Assembly: GCF_024521635.1 (NCBI RefSeq)
Contig: NW_026250404.1
Coordinates: forward strand, 1,550,001-1,614,000
Direction of reading: 5' to 3'
Length of the DNA stretch: 64,000 nucleotides
Origin: Tricharina praecox
Taxonomy: Eukaryota
Shown here: piece after piece, positions 36,493 to 48,989 of the stretch
Layout of the letters: each line of letters starts with the position of its first letter
How positions within the stretch are numbered: the stretch's first letter is position 1
Program-made: the position numbers and the translations under genes
Notes under the pieces: model-generated
Database searches by the model: none
The model's input: the letters and a program-made list of their open reading frames with translations, nothing else
Told to the model about the DNA's origin: nothing

Positions 36493-38528
36493 CTAGAGAC
36501 ACAATTCCCTCGGCGGGGCCACAAGTGGAACATGACCGAGCTTGAATTCCGGCGCCCTAAAAGCTGCAAGTTCCTCGGCGGTGTACTCTAACACGGGGTC
36601 ATCCCACTTCTTCTGTCCGGCTGCCGACGCAGCAGTTTGTCCAATCGGGTTTACGGCACTAGGAGTTGTCTGGGGCTGCTGCTGCTGATGGGGCTGTCCG
36701 GCGGATTGGAATGGGTTTGCATTGCTGAATGGCGACGCCGACTGCTGTTGGGGAGCAGTGGCGAATGCGTTTGTTGGCGCTGCGGCGGCGAGCAGGGCGG
36801 GTTGGCCGAAGGGATTCGCGGCCGGGTTCGCCTGTTGCGCTTGCTGAGTCTGTTGGAAGGGGTTGACCTGGCTGAACGGCGAGGCGGCATTCTGTGCCCC
36901 CTGCGGTTGTCCAAAAGGGTTAGCAGCTGCTGGAGCCCCACCCTGCTGCGCCTGTTGCGCAAATCCGCCGAACGGACCGCCAGCGTTCTGGGGCTGGTTC
37001 TGCGTCGCGGCGGCAAACGGGCTGCCGTTGTTTTGCGGTTGCGCTGCGGCGGTGGCGAATGGACTGGCCGCAGCGGGGTTCTGGGCTGCTGCGGCTGCAA
37101 ATGGACTCGGCGCGGCGCCCAATGCCGATGGCTGACCGAATGCCGATTGTCCAAAAGCTGGCTGACCGAAGGCAGGCTTTCCAAACGCACTAGCACCACC
37201 AAAAACACCCTGTGGCTGCGCAGGTTGTTGTGGTTGCTGAGGTTGTTGGGCGGCAGCGAATCCTGACTGTCCGAATGCCGGTTGACCAAAGGCCGGCTTC
37301 CCAAACGCACTCTGAGATGCCGATGTCTGTCCGAATGCTGGCTGGCCGAATGCCGGCTGTGGTGGCTTGCCGAACGCACTCTGCGGAGCCGACGTCTGTC
37401 CGAAAGCCGGCTGCCCAAAGGCAGGTTGGGTGGGTGAGGCTGCCGCAAAAGGCGACGGCGCAGTCAACGAGATAGTCGGCTGGCTTGGTTGCCCGAACGC
37501 AGATTGCCCGAACGCAGGCTGTCCGAATGCACCCTGAGCCGGCGCGGGCTGGGTCGGTGCGCCGAATGGGTTCTGGTTTGCATTGAGTTGCTGCTGCTGC
37601 TGGGGCTGTAGGGACGGATGTTAGCAGATAACCCATGTGGTGATTACGAGACAATAGTACCTGTGAGAACGGCGAAATAGGGCCAGTAGGATCACCACCC
37701 GGTGTCCTGTACTTGTAGAGCTGATCGCGATTCTCTTGCGCCTGTGTTAAGAAACGAACAGCTCCCGGGAGATCGCTCATGATATTCCGGATTTGTGTGT
37801 CGGCCTCCGTGTTGAGTTTTACCCATTGTTGTTCCTTTTCAAACAGAGGAGGTCAATTCAGTGAGCCGAATGGAGGAGGAGGAGGAGGAGGAGGAGGAGG
37901 AGGAGGAGGAGGAGGAGGAGGAGGAGGAGGAGGAGGGGCCGAGAGAATAGAAGGTTGCGCGGCGTACATATGCAACGGGATTCCCTTCCGCTTGACATTG
38001 ATAGGCTAGCACTCGAGCCTCTTCGAACGATATATCTTTGCCATCGATGAGCTGTACTGGCGGGTTTTTGCCGGGTCCGTACGACGATAAGATCCACATC
38101 GGCTTCTCGACTAGGTCGATATTGATGGTTTCGCTCGTGGCTGGGTTGTAGCTTGATATAGACATTGCGAGTTAGCTCGTTGTCGAAGAACGTATAGAAG
38201 AAGGTTCTCTGTGTAGGAGAAACGAAGAAGTCGTGGGGAAAACGATGGGTGGTCGAGATAGTGGAGCTGCTGCAGCACACGTGTCTGGCGCCATTGTTCC
38301 CGGCCCCACCACGCTTCTTCCCGCGCGTCACTGCTCGCTATTCAAGGTTACTCACCCATCGTTTTCCCGTTGCTGCTGTTGGTTCTGTGGCGCGCCTCCG
38401 TACTGCTGTCCTTGGCCCGGCACTCCTCCATTCCCGCCCCGAGTCGGCTGGCCTGGATGAATGAATTTGCACTGGCTGCCGAAATTGCAGGTACCGCGCT
38501 GAAAGAACTTGCACACAGGAGTTGACAT
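36493..38528 (-). CDS. NUP42: CCCH zinc-finger FG nucleoporin (Amo1/Nup42/NUPL2 family); introns 38355-38152, 37967-37835, 37660-37606
   Basis: N-terminal CKFFQRGTCNFGSQCKFIH (CCCH); conserved WILSSYGP...DISFEEARV; many PAFGQ/SAFG/NPF repeats; C-terminal F.APEFKLGHVPLVAPP (Gle1-binding-type motif). Confidence 0.9.
37872..37934. repeat. (GGA)21 microsatellite inside NUP42 intron 2
   Basis: Read directly. Confidence 0.97.
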
Positions 38529-38845
38529 CGTGGCGGTGTGCGAGTATGTTGTTGGGCAGCGCGAGTTGTTCTTCCTGCCTCCCTCTCGGTTGGTATTAGG
38601 GAAAAGCCGAAATTGTTGGAAGTTGGATACTTTGTTGTCGGTAACAAGAAGAGCTGTGGGTCGAGACTACCCTATGGTCAATCCCGTGACCAGCCACCAA
38701 CTTTCTCGAAGCGACGCGGCTGCCCTTCACAGCACGTTAACCAGCGCGTCTAACCATCATTCACCACTCACCACCAACACTACCACCAACTTCATCGTCA
38801 CCTGCACCACTACCTACGATACATACAATACACAACGAGCACACC

Positions 38846-39832
38846 ATGGATATTCCCGATGATCCTCTCCTCGACTTCCGCAATGTCTTCCCCGCCGACC
38901 TCAAGAACCCCTACCCAAAAGCCCGGGTCGACGAGATCCTGCGCAACCGCCAGCTTCTAGACGAAGAGCTATTCTTCGACAGCCTACTGAAATCCTTTGC
39001 CAGAATCAAAGACGGCATGCTCGCCCTCCCCTCTTGGTCCACCTCCTCCAGCTAACAATCAACCGCAGTGCCAACAAACTACCCTCCAAAATCCGTTACC
39101 TCGCTCAAATCCCTCCACACGTTGATCACAACCTCGGACCACCTCGACACGCTGAAGAAGCACACGCTCCTGTACTACCTGCTGCTGGACCTACCCACTT
39201 CCACCGCCGCAAGCACCTTCGCCGCGCGCATCCTTCTCCCGCAGAATTTCATCGACCTGATCACGGCGGTGCACGATCTCGACAACCTCTCGCTGCAGTC
39301 GGCGCTGGCGCACCTCACCGCGCCCGCCGTAACCCCTCCCGTTCCGGAGAAGATCCTCAAAACCCTCTACACCCACGGCTCCGCGCGGATGGCAGTCACC
39401 TTCGTCACCTGCGTGCAGCCAGTACTCGAATCGCCAGAGGCGGTCGAAATCTTCTTCACCGCGCAGATGCAGCTGAGTCCCGAGGCCGCTTTCTTGTATG
39501 CGCGGACGGCGCCGGGGTTCCTGCGTACCCAGTTTTTGAGGAAACTGGTGAACTACTGCATCACGACCAATCCCGCAGTCAATGCGCTCAAGCTCTTGAA
39601 TCTGCCGTTTAGTGAGGAAGAGAAGACGGTGTTTGTGGATGCATTGAAGGGGAGTGGACATGAGGTCGCGAAGGATACGTTGGTGGTGTGGCAGGTGCAT
39701 CAGGGTCGAGTGGAGGATGCGTTGAAGAGTGCGCAGCAGGCGGCGTTGAAAGGGGACGTTGGGGGGTTGGATTGGGCGGTGCTTGGGGAAGGGCTAAAGA
39801 AGGGATTGGGAGCTAGGAATGTTGCTGCTTAA
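38846..39832 (+). CDS. ELYS-like nuclear pore assembly protein (fungal ELYS domain); GC-AG intron 39015-39068
   Basis: NPYP...IL.NR..L..ELFFD.LL...YPPKS...L..LH..I....KHTLLYYLLLD and L.LPF..EEK..F match the fungal ELYS domain. The two ORFs are in the same frame, joined by a 54-nt intron. Confidence 0.85.
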
Positions 39833-40132
39833 TTTGATTATCACCATCATCGCCATCACCAGCATGGATAATCACTAGCTGGAATCACAAAAAGGTTGTT
39901 CGTATAATGATGCTTTTTGTTTGTAATATCATACACCTAGCCGTCCCCAACATTTACCGCATCAAAGGATCTTCTGCCCGGATCTTGAAAGATCCGCAAA
40001 TCAGGAGTCGTAAAAAGTAAGGTGCCCCGCCTCGCCATCATAAATTGTCGAAGAATGAAAAAGAAGGAATGTTGTACAAGTTTGCTAATAGAAAAGAGAT
40101 GTTAAGAGAGAAAAGGCCCGAAGTGACTATAC

Positions 40133-41256
40133 TTAAGCAGAAACAAAGTTCTTGACGTTTTCAAGCCAGCTCAGGTACTCTTTCTGCTCCTTGTAGTCAA
40201 TGTAGTCAGGGATGAAGAGCGCCAGAGAGGTGTTGATGCCTCGCTCATCCAGGTAGCGCTCGAGAAGAACCTGAAGGTCCTCGTCAAGGTTACCAAACGG
40301 AGGGCCGGCGTAAACGCCCCTCCTCTCCCAATCGGCATCCGCGGTCTGAGCGGTTGCCAGGGTGGCGTTCTTGTGGTAGAATACATTCTCGATGACCATC
40401 ATGCCGTCTTGTGCGATGGCCTCGACCTGGAGAGCACCCTGGTTGGGCTACATGGTTGCCGTCAGCACTGCCTTCCTTCCGAGTTCATAGATTTTCCTGG
40501 GTAAACGAACCTTCTCAATGGTGACATTGACACGAGCGGGGAAAGAAGGCTCCTCGTCTTCGTCGCCAAACTCATCCTCATCCTCATTGGCGTCGTCGGC
40601 GACGGCGATGTTACCATTATCCTTTCCGGCGGCCGACTGAGCACCTCCAGACTGCATGGAGTTGCGAGGCATCGAAGGCTCCTCCTCGTCGAAAAGAGCG
40701 TCCTCGTTCAGACCATCCTCGGAAAGAGCGTTCAGGTCGGAAATCGAGAAGACAACACGGATGGTCTCATCCCCGAACTTGCGGATGAGCTCGACCTCTT
40801 CCTGGCCGGGCTTGTCGTTGATCTGAAGTCGCGAATTATCCGTTAGTATGGCTTCAATTACAGCAGCGCAAACAAAACGAACCTTGAAGGAGCTGTTCTG
40901 GATGAAGTCGGCCACGATCTGAGGGATCTCATCGTTCTCGGACACCTCTTTCTCAAGGTTAAGCTCCGACTCGAGCTTCAGCGCAAGTTCCTCGTCCACT
41001 ATTTGTCAACGAGCATTACGTTAGCTAGGCAAATCGTAGTAACTTTGCAAGTTGGTGATTGCTTACCGACACCCTGCTTCTCGAAAGCACGGAAGGTGGT
41101 TGAGAAAGGCGCGATCAGGCGGGGCTGTCGGATAAGAGCGGAGCTCTTCCATGTTGATGCCAGGACCGATTTCTGGGGTACAGTCGAGATTGTTCGGGAC
41201 ACGGACCGGGAGACGGGTGCACGGAGGGCACGGATTACTGTTCTGGCTGAAAACAT
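40133..41256 (-). CDS. MAM33: Mitochondrial acidic matrix protein Mam33/p32 family; introns 41066-40999, 40882-40823, 40510-40448
   Basis: Arg/Ser-rich presequence MFSARTVIRALRAP; D.PGQEEVEL.RKFGDE.IRV.FS; C-terminal YAGPPFGNLDEDLQVLLERYLDERGIN..LA.FIPDYIDYKEQKEY..WL. Confidence 0.94.
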
Positions 41257-41579
41257 TGTAAGATTTGGGGGTGGCGAGGATGAGTACTGAGTGGAGGGGC
41301 GAAATGGATGGAGTTGAAGGTTTGGTGGGATGGTTGGCGGGGAGTTCCAGATTAACATCAGAAAGAAAAATTAGAGTCGCTAAGACGAGAACTATTAGAT
41401 GGCTTGGCAGCATGCTCTCAATGCGCTAACATGTGTGCTCATATTCTTGGGTTTGATATTGGAATTTGACGAAGAATTCAAGTAAGTCTCAGTCGATATA
41501 GATTTCAATTGCCCGACTTTTAAACGCCAAACTCCAACTAAATCTCCCCTCCCGGGAATCATTGCCCTCTCGGCATAAT

Positions 41580-42222
41580 CTAGGTCTCCATTTTATCCTC
41601 CACCACTGGAGGGTCCTCTTTGGACACTCTTGTGAACTTGACCTGAGCCAAAGACCCAGTAGTTCCATCCCACCGCTGCAGATTCACGATATTGACCATA
41701 TCCTGCAGGTCAGGCATTAGGTACCCTGTCCGAAATTCTTCACGCTCTCTCTCCACCTTGTTCTTGAGCTCTAAGTACTTTGGAAGTGGAGGACGGCCCG
41801 CTCGTCGCTCGAGCTCGTAACGCTCGAGTTCGGTTTCCTCGCGGCTTACCCATCTGCAGTAACCATTTATTAGCGGTCGTGTCCCTGGTAGTATGGATGG
41901 TGTACGAACTGTGCGATCAGGTCTCGGGTCTTCTCAATGCTGAGTGGTTCAGTGACACCCTTCGTTACGACCTTGAAGTAACCGATGCGCAGCACTGGAG
42001 AAGTATAGTATTAGCCATCACCATATCTGAACGGTCAACTGAAAGAATCCTCATACTCTCGTGCTCCTTCTGTATGTTGCGAACCTTCGCCGCATGCTTA
42101 AGCTTCTGGTCCCGCAACGAGGCACGGTTCATTCGCGCGGCATTGCGGTCTCCGAGGCCATCAAGCGCACCCTTCTTCTTGCGGATCTTTTTGGAAACTT
42201 TCTCGAGGGCGATCTTGGGCAT
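41580..42222 (-). CDS. TMA16: Translation machinery-associated protein 16; introns 42056-41995 and 41909-41854
   Basis: Spliced protein MPKIALEKVSKKIRKKKG...RMNRASLRDQKL...ERRAGRPP...EREEFRTGYLMPDLQD..N...LQRWDG..GSL.QVKF.RV. Confidence 0.88.
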
Positions 42223-42320
42223 TCTGGCGGTGGTGGTTGTGGTGGGATGGATGTGTAGGGGAGCAGTGGTGGTGCTGCGAGCATGCAAGCCTTTTTTGCA
42301 TGCGCTCCAGGCTTAGCTAG

Positions 42321-42629
42321 CGCGATAGTATAATTCATCTGGCGTCACTCGGAAAACCTCCGGATTTCACTACAAGCTCCACTCGGCTGATGAATCAGGA
42401 TCCTGTCATCCCTCTCGCCTGCAAGAAATGATGATGCTCGCCACTTTATCTGTTGCCGTTCTTCAATCCAGATTCGCGAGTGATTTGAAACGGCTGCGCG
42501 ATCGAGGTTAAAAATCAAAATGGATCAAGCTAGTGGGAAAAGCAGTGCTCTCATGTGCCATATTCTACTTACCAACCTAGTCGCGTGCGACGGATCATGG
42601 AACACGGGTTTCGCTTTGATGCGGACGCG
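42321..42629. promoter_or_regulatory. Cluster of five CGCG (MCB-like) cores in the TMA16/EXO1 divergent promoter
   Basis: CGCG at 42321, 42475, 42497, 42582 and 42626; no perfect ACGCGT. Function inferred only from the adjacent DNA-repair gene. Confidence 0.3.
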
Positions 42630-42719
42630 CCTGGGTGTTGAAGTACTTTAGCGGCCCGCAACCCTTCTGTCAGGGCCTCCACCTCTGAAAGATATCTCCA
42701 CCCCGTTTTCTGCTAGAAA

Positions 42720-44787
42720 ATGGGTATCACAGGTCGGTTTTCGAGCTTGCCCTTTCTGCTGACATTCGATTTGACTGACCTGTGTCCTAGGTCTTCTTCC
42801 TCTTCTCAAGTCCATCCAAAGACCGGGCCACATTAGGGATTGGGCTGGGAAGACGGTTGGTGTCGACGCGTATGGATGGCTACACAAGGGCACGATATCA
42901 TGTGCGGTTGATTTAGCATTGGGGAAACCCACTGTCAAGTACTTCACCCTTTTTCCATTCGCTGCCGAGTGAAAGCGACTGACGGACTGGATAGATATGT
43001 CGACTACGTTATGCACCGAGTCAGGATGCTACGGCATTTTGGCGTCACGCCGTATCTAGTATTCGATGGAGACTACCTTCCGAGCAAGTCCGGAACCGAA
43101 GTTGAACGCGAGAAGTAAGTGCGCTGATATGTCCAACACATCACACAAGTTCTAATTGTAATATAGAAAACGTGCACAGAGCAAAGCCACCGGACTGGAA
43201 CTCCTCAAGCTCGGCCGCAGCTCGCAAGCGTACCTCGAGCTTCAAAAATCGATCGACGTGACCCCGATGATGGCCCGCCACATCATCGACGCGTGTGCCT
43301 CCCTCGGCGTGAAATGTCTCGTCGCCCCCTACGAAGCCGACTCGCAGCTCTACTACCTCGAGAAAATGGGAATCATCGACGCCGTTATCTCAGAAGACTC
43401 GGACCTGCTGGTGTTCGGCGTCAAGACTCTTCTCACGAAGCTGGACCAGTTCGGGGAATTTGTGGAGGTCAACCGTGAGCACTTCACCGCTTGCAAGGAA
43501 ATCAGTCTGGCCGGGTGGACACAGACCGAATTCAGGCATATGTGTATTCTGAGTGGCTGCGACTATTTGGAGAACATTCCGACGATGGGTCTCAAGACTG
43601 CGTATAGCTACATGAGACGCTACAGAGATGTGGAAAAGCTGCTCCGAGCCGTCCAACTGGAGGGGAAGAAGAAGGTTCCTTCGGGGTACCTGGAGGCGTT
43701 CAAGCGTGCGGATATGACATTTCTACATCAGCGCGTTTTCTGCCCAATACAGGAGCAGATAGTGATGGCCAATGATCCGAGTCCGCAGGTGACCATCGAC
43801 GACGAGATACTTTGTTACATTGGCCCGGAAATCGAAGCGGATATCGCACGTCTTGTTGCTTGCGGGCAACTCGACCCGATGACGAAGGAGCCCATCCAGA
43901 TTGTTCCACTGCCCCCGGGGCCGAGCAATTCGGCGAAGCCATGGCCCCCGCCAAACCAGAAAGTACAAATGACGACGACGCCAAAGAATAAATCCATCAC
44001 ATCCTTCTTCAAGCCAAAATCAGAAGCACGCGCCATTGTTGCTACTCCGGTGCTGCAACCGAAGAATACGAATAGGATTGTTTCTCAGTCCGCGCCAGCA
44101 AAGACGACATCGGCATCAACCCCCATGAAACGCCCGTTTGATGCGACCACCACCTCTGCGAGCAAGAAACTCAAGACCACCGCCACAACACCCACCCCAG
44201 CAGCGGTGGAACGGAGCCCATTCTTCGCCACTCAGAGCCGGCGACCCATCAACAGTACACCGACACCGAAGCCGCGACCGAAGAAGAACATCACACCCGC
44301 GCTCACTCCGACCACACTCGCACTGCAGCAGAAGAAGAACGTGCCTCCCATACCCACCCAGACCGAGGAGTCGTCACCCAGTCCCAGTCTATGTCTACCA
44401 CCCTCACCAGCCGCGATCGAATCTGCCAAGAAGGTCGCGCAAGGCTGGAAAGAAGCATTCGCATTCCCGAAGCAGGGAGGCGTAAAGGATCTCGCCGCTG
44501 TGATCGAGAAGCCACGGGTGCAGAGCACTGCGGTCCTTGCAATGACATCGCTACAGCACTTGGGTGCGAGGGCTCTCAACCAAAATCCTAGAACAATTCC
44601 CCCATCCAGGTCGGCGACTATGCCATTATCAATACCCATACTTGCAAAATCGGAGTCGGCGGATAGCAATGAGAGTGAGGAGTTCCTGTCTGGTTTTGAT
44701 AGGTATGTCACGAGCGCAGATAATAGTCAGGACGTCGATGGGGTGTTCGGGAAGGGGATGTTTGATAGGTTTGCATACAGTAGGTGA
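42720..44787 (+). CDS. EXO1: Exonuclease 1 (XPG/Rad2 family); introns 42733-42790, 42939-42994, 43115-43166
   Basis: MGITGLLPLLK...GKTVGVDAYGWLHKG...PYLVFDGDYLPSK...VAPYEADSQL...SEDSDLLVFG...CILSGCDYL; low-complexity C-terminal tail. Confidence 0.97.
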
Positions 44788-45852
44788 GCGTGGCAGTGTG
44801 TAGTATAGCATCTGTATATGGCGTTTCTTGTGTTGGTTTGGGCCGGTTATACCTTCTCGTCTCTTGTTTTTTTTATCCAACTGTTCTTTATATTTGTTAT
44901 TAGCATTAGGTGAAGTGGCGATTTATATATATGCACTGGATTATGAGATGGGATGAAATACCAAGTTCACGATGGCACTTTGGTGGGGACCTTCATTATC
45001 TCCATTGACACGCGATATCATCTCTTTGCTCCGGGGTAGTTACACAGTTGCAGCGCAACATCTGCGACCGTTCTCACCCCAGGCTATCGACGCCTAATAA
45101 ATCATAACAGAGTCAATATTTGTCGCACTCTCTTGATATGATGAGGCGTACTAGTAGTTACCAGTACAGACTCGTCGGTTGGGTTGCTATGGTGATTGGG
45201 GTGTTTACATCCGCTTCCCCACACCGCGCCTGTCTGTTGTATGTGTGTCCAGCACACACCCGCAGGAGAATGCCCCCTCCCCAAATTAGGCCCAGCCAGC
45301 CCAGCCCACCAGCCCACCAGCATCAGCCGCCTGCCAGCCTCTCTACTTTCAACTTTACTTTTTGGTGCGGTGCCTGGCTGGATTCCACTTGACTCGATTG
45401 CGCGTCAGATCATAGCGTATCAATCAATCACATATTCATCACGACACGAACACGAACGAACGATTGCAACGAACGTGCTTGCTTGCCTGCTGCTGTTGCA
45501 TCTTCCTCTCGTCCCGACAAGAAGAAGTCCGCGTCAACAGAACCCGCCACCATCAACATCAACAACACCAACTACCGCTGCCACTACTCCCTCCGCTCTA
45601 CATCCTCCTCCTGCACATCATCACAACATTTAGCCCGCCGCTCCTGCATCCGCTTTGCATCCATCCTAAACACCCGTCACGAAACAATTTGTTTACACGT
45701 CGCCGCCGTCTCGAAATCCACTCCCGCTTCTCCTTCCCCTCCGACAACGGCGCAGCACCCACGAGTGCAGACCACTTCAACTCACCCGTCAATCGTCGTC
45801 TTGTCTGGTTAAGAGTGATCAGTAAGGCCGGGAATCTTCGCTACAGCATAAA

Positions 45853-46859
45853 ATGGTTGAGCGAAAGATCAAGTTCGTGTTCGGCTTCCAACGTTGGTTC
45901 TCCCTCTTCGACGTCCTCGACCTCCGGAAGGGCATCGCGACAATAATAATCAAAGCTGACAATTGAACAGGGCTGGTGCCGTTCCTCGGGTACCACCATG
46001 TGTTAATGGTACTGATTCTCGTTGCTATAATCTTACTCTGTTCGTCGCAACTTTCTCCGGTGATCGCGGAGCTCTGTAGCTAATGCATTTACCTTACAGC
46101 ACTGTTACTAGCAGGATGCTCGTCAAGTTCCGTGTTGATACCGTCGATATTCCTCATTAATCTCTGGTACGACCGCACGTCCCCCGTTTTCGACCCCGCG
46201 CAAGTCGACCCGGGCTTGTCGCGCGCGATCGGCAACATCGTGGGTGATGCTCAGCTGGAGGCCCGTGTCGGTTTCTTCGGAATCTGTGTCAACCCTGACG
46301 GCGGTTCGTGGCTGTGCTCCGCGAATGCTTCCTCTCTGGCCGCGCAGATCCCTTCGGACCAGGACCCCCTCAACCTTGTGTGGGTCGCGCAGACGTTCAA
46401 GGACAGCATCGTGTTTCCCTACCTCATCATCATCGCTATCATTCTCGCTACCGTTGTTTTACTACTACTCGCTACGTTCCCTGGCTACGAGGAGGAGTAC
46501 CCGGGTGGTCCCAATGTTGGCCGGTTACCGTCTAGGGCTGTCAGCCAGATTGCTCTGGCGGTGATCTTCGTGGCTGCTATCTTCGTGCTCGTTTCCGTGC
46601 TTTGGCAGCATACGGCGTCCGTTGCAGCAGCGACTATAGCGGAAAACATGGGGAATGGAAGTGTCCAAACGGGAGTGGGTGTTACCGCGATGATATTAGG
46701 CTGGTTCGGATTTGCACTGTTAATCATCGTTACCATCGGTCTCCTTGTCATGTATGCCCCCCGCATTCTTTCCTCACTGTGATGCACTTTGCTAACGCTT
46801 GAAACAGGATTCTGTCCATGCACCTGGTTGAGAAGTTGACCAACGAGGAAGAGATCTAA
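45853..46859 (+). CDS. FIG1: Fig1-family Ca2+ influx / cell-fusion membrane protein; introns 45893-45970, 46040-46099, 46752-46807
   Basis: RLVPFLGYHHVLM...LLLAGCSS; claudin-like RVGFFGIC...W.C motif; DPLNL; LWQHTA; several hydrophobic helices. The first-exon boundary is inferred from frame. Confidence 0.88.
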
Positions 46860-47355
46860 ATCTACACCCATCCGACACACGACGAACCTAATGAGGGCTA
46901 TGCCAATTGTATTACAAAAAGAAGATAAGTACGGGTCAGGGGGTTTGGGGCTTGGTTGGTTGGGCAGGGTGTCATGAGTACGATGAGTGTCTCTTTTCAT
47001 TTTCGGCGGTGGCGATTTCCTTGATGCATTTCCTTTGGGTTTTCTTTTCTTTTTCTTTCCTTGTCTTTCCTGGGCGGGATGGGGGCGATTCGGGCTTTGC
47101 AGTTATAACGAACGACTACGATGATGTGTTGGTGCGATGGGAGAATTTTGGGATGAGGATTTTTGTTTTGTTTTACGATACCATTTCCTATATCCACACA
47201 CGATGGTTGCACGGGCTGGGCATGTACATGTAATTATGATAAGACTGCTTTTGAATGGTGCAAAGCAGCAGTAAGATGATGAACAAAGCTTGCACAAGCA
47301 AGCGACGCTTGAATTCCAAAATGTTGTCCGACGAATAAAGATGCCAGTGAATGCC

Positions 47356-48126
47356 CTACGAAATGTCCTCTTCCTGCTCCTCCGCTTTCCCAAAGGCGTC
47401 CTCGCCCTTCTTTCTCAACACATCCACTCCTGCCGTACCCTCCCATTTGTCACACAATTCCCTCAACCGCGCCAGCACCTTCTTCGCCTCATCCCCCCTT
47501 CCCTCCTCCACCAAGCCCCGAATCCTCTCCGGTGCCGCAAGCGCCCACTTCGCCGTTTCCACCCCCTTCATTTTCCCCCTTGCCGTCGATGGCCTCGGAC
47601 TAGCCGCCCTCATCCCCTCCACTAACCCGCGACTCACACCCTCGATATGGCTCACCGCCGGCTCCAGCGTACTCGTCGTGGGAGTCAACGGCTCCATACT
47701 AGCCCTCATCCTCCTGATCGTATCGGTCGCGGCGATCAGTTTCGAGTAGTTATCATACACGAGCGCCTTGCGCTCGCCATCCAGCCCGCGGATGTCATTG
47801 ATCAGCGTGTTCTCGAGGGTCAGCAGGTCACGCAGCGATTTCTCTGACAGGATATTGGTGATGTAGCTATCCGCTGAGAAGTCGTCGCGGTCGAGCGATG
47901 GCAGTGGCTCCCCGGTCGTCGCCGAGAGGTTGTAGAACTGCCGGAGTGCGTGCCGTGTCCGCTTCGGCGCGCTGCTGTTGCGCGGGATGTCGAGACTGTG
48001 TTGTGGGCTCGAGGATGAGGAGATGGGCGTGCTGGGATTGGGGAAGGGGAACGGTGGGTATGATGTTATTGGCGTGGTAATGGAGATTGAGGGTGCACGT
48101 GAGGAGGAGGGCGAGGAGGATTGCAT
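47356..48126 (-). CDS. VPS51: GARP complex subunit Vps51 (single exon, 256 aa)
   Basis: ALRQFYNL; LD..DFSADSYI..L....L.DLL..EN.L..DIRGLDGERKALVYDNYSKLI.ATDTIR.M. Confidence 0.94.
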   Translation of the reverse strand: MQSSSPSSSRAPSISITTPITSYPPFPFPNPSTPISSSSSPQHSLDIPRNSSAPKRTRHALRQFYNLSATTGEPLPSLDRDDFSADSYITNILSEKSLRDLLTLENTLINDIRGLDGERKALVYDNYSKLIAATDTIRRMRASMEPLTPTTSTLEPAVSHIEGVSRGLVEGMRAASPRPSTARGKMKGVETAKWALAAPERIRGLVEEGRGDEAKKVLARLRELCDKWEGTAGVDVLRKKGEDAFGKAEEQEEDIS

Positions 48127-48260
48127 TTTTGGTGTTCGTGGTGGTGAGGTCTGAGTGAGCTACCGTAGGTATTTTTGAGCTGAGGTGGATTTAAGGTTGC
48201 GTCTGGACCAGTCTTATCGAGTCTCCTGCATTGTTGGTCCCCACCACCAACCACGCAACC

Positions 48261-48989
48261 ATGCTCGTTCCAACACCTTCCCAGCCCCCCCCTTCAATCG
48301 ACGTGCTCCTCGAAATCCTCTCCACCCAACACCACCTTCACGCACGTCTATCGGTCCTGCGCACGCTCCTGACCGCTCTACAATCCTCGGCACACCCTCC
48401 CACGGGGAAGGCCCTAGTGCAATCCCTCAAATTCCGCCTGTTAGCATCCGACATCACGCTGTCCCTCCAGCCCTACGCGAACCTATGTCTCCCACCGACG
48501 CTTCCCGCAAAAGCGCCCGTATCCAGCACCCTCCCTAATGACGGCATCATCGTCCAGATGCTGGACATCCACGACATCAGCTCCTCCCGTAGCGATGCTC
48601 TGGACCGCCTGGAGATGGCGGAGCGCGGCGAGGTAATGCGCGGGCGCGAGGTCATCCGTGTCGTCCCCGGGGAAGATAATACCGCCAACGATACTGGCTC
48701 GGGTGAGGCACGCGCGGGAACGAGGAGTATGCACAAACTACTGCTGGAAGACGCGGCAGGCAGGAGGGTGTGGGGATTTGAGCTGGAGCCTGTGGTCGGT
48801 GTGAAAGTGGGGATGAATATTGGTGCGAAGATGCTGCTGAGGGGGTGTACGGTTGCGAGGGGCGTCGTGCTGTTGACCGCAGCTACGGCAACGGTGCTGG
48901 GGGGAAAAGTGGAGGCCATGCAGGCTGCTTGGATGGAGGGCAGGAAGAGGGCTCTAAGGGAGGCGGTAGAGGGACCGACGAAGACGTAG
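48261..48989 (+). CDS. RMI1: RecQ-mediated genome instability protein 1 (OB-fold)
   Basis: FRLLASDI; IVQ.LDI.DIS.SR; ERGE..RGREVIRVV; HKLLLEDA.G.RVWGFEL; IGAK.LL....VARGV.LL......VLGG.V. AUG at 48261 in accATG context. Confidence 0.92.
   Translation: MLVPTPSQPPPSIDVLLEILSTQHHLHARLSVLRTLLTALQSSAHPPTGKALVQSLKFRLLASDITLSLQPYANLCLPPTLPAKAPVSSTLPNDGIIVQMLDIHDISSSRSDALDRLEMAERGEVMRGREVIRVVPGEDNTANDTGSGEARAGTRSMHKLLLEDAAGRRVWGFELEPVVGVKVGMNIGAKMLLRGCTVARGVVLLTAATATVLGGKVEAMQAAWMEGRKRALREAVEGPTKT

Noticed and set aside
42428..42520. ATGATGA box C motif in the TMA16-EXO1 spacer as a snoRNA
   Set aside because: No CTGA box D or terminal stem found.
45464..45970. Upstream open frame plus GTAAGG donor (45822) as an alternative FIG1 first exon
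   Set aside because: That frame has no AUG, and the AUG at 45853 with the GTTGGT donor at 45893 already gives a coherent Fig1 N-terminus.
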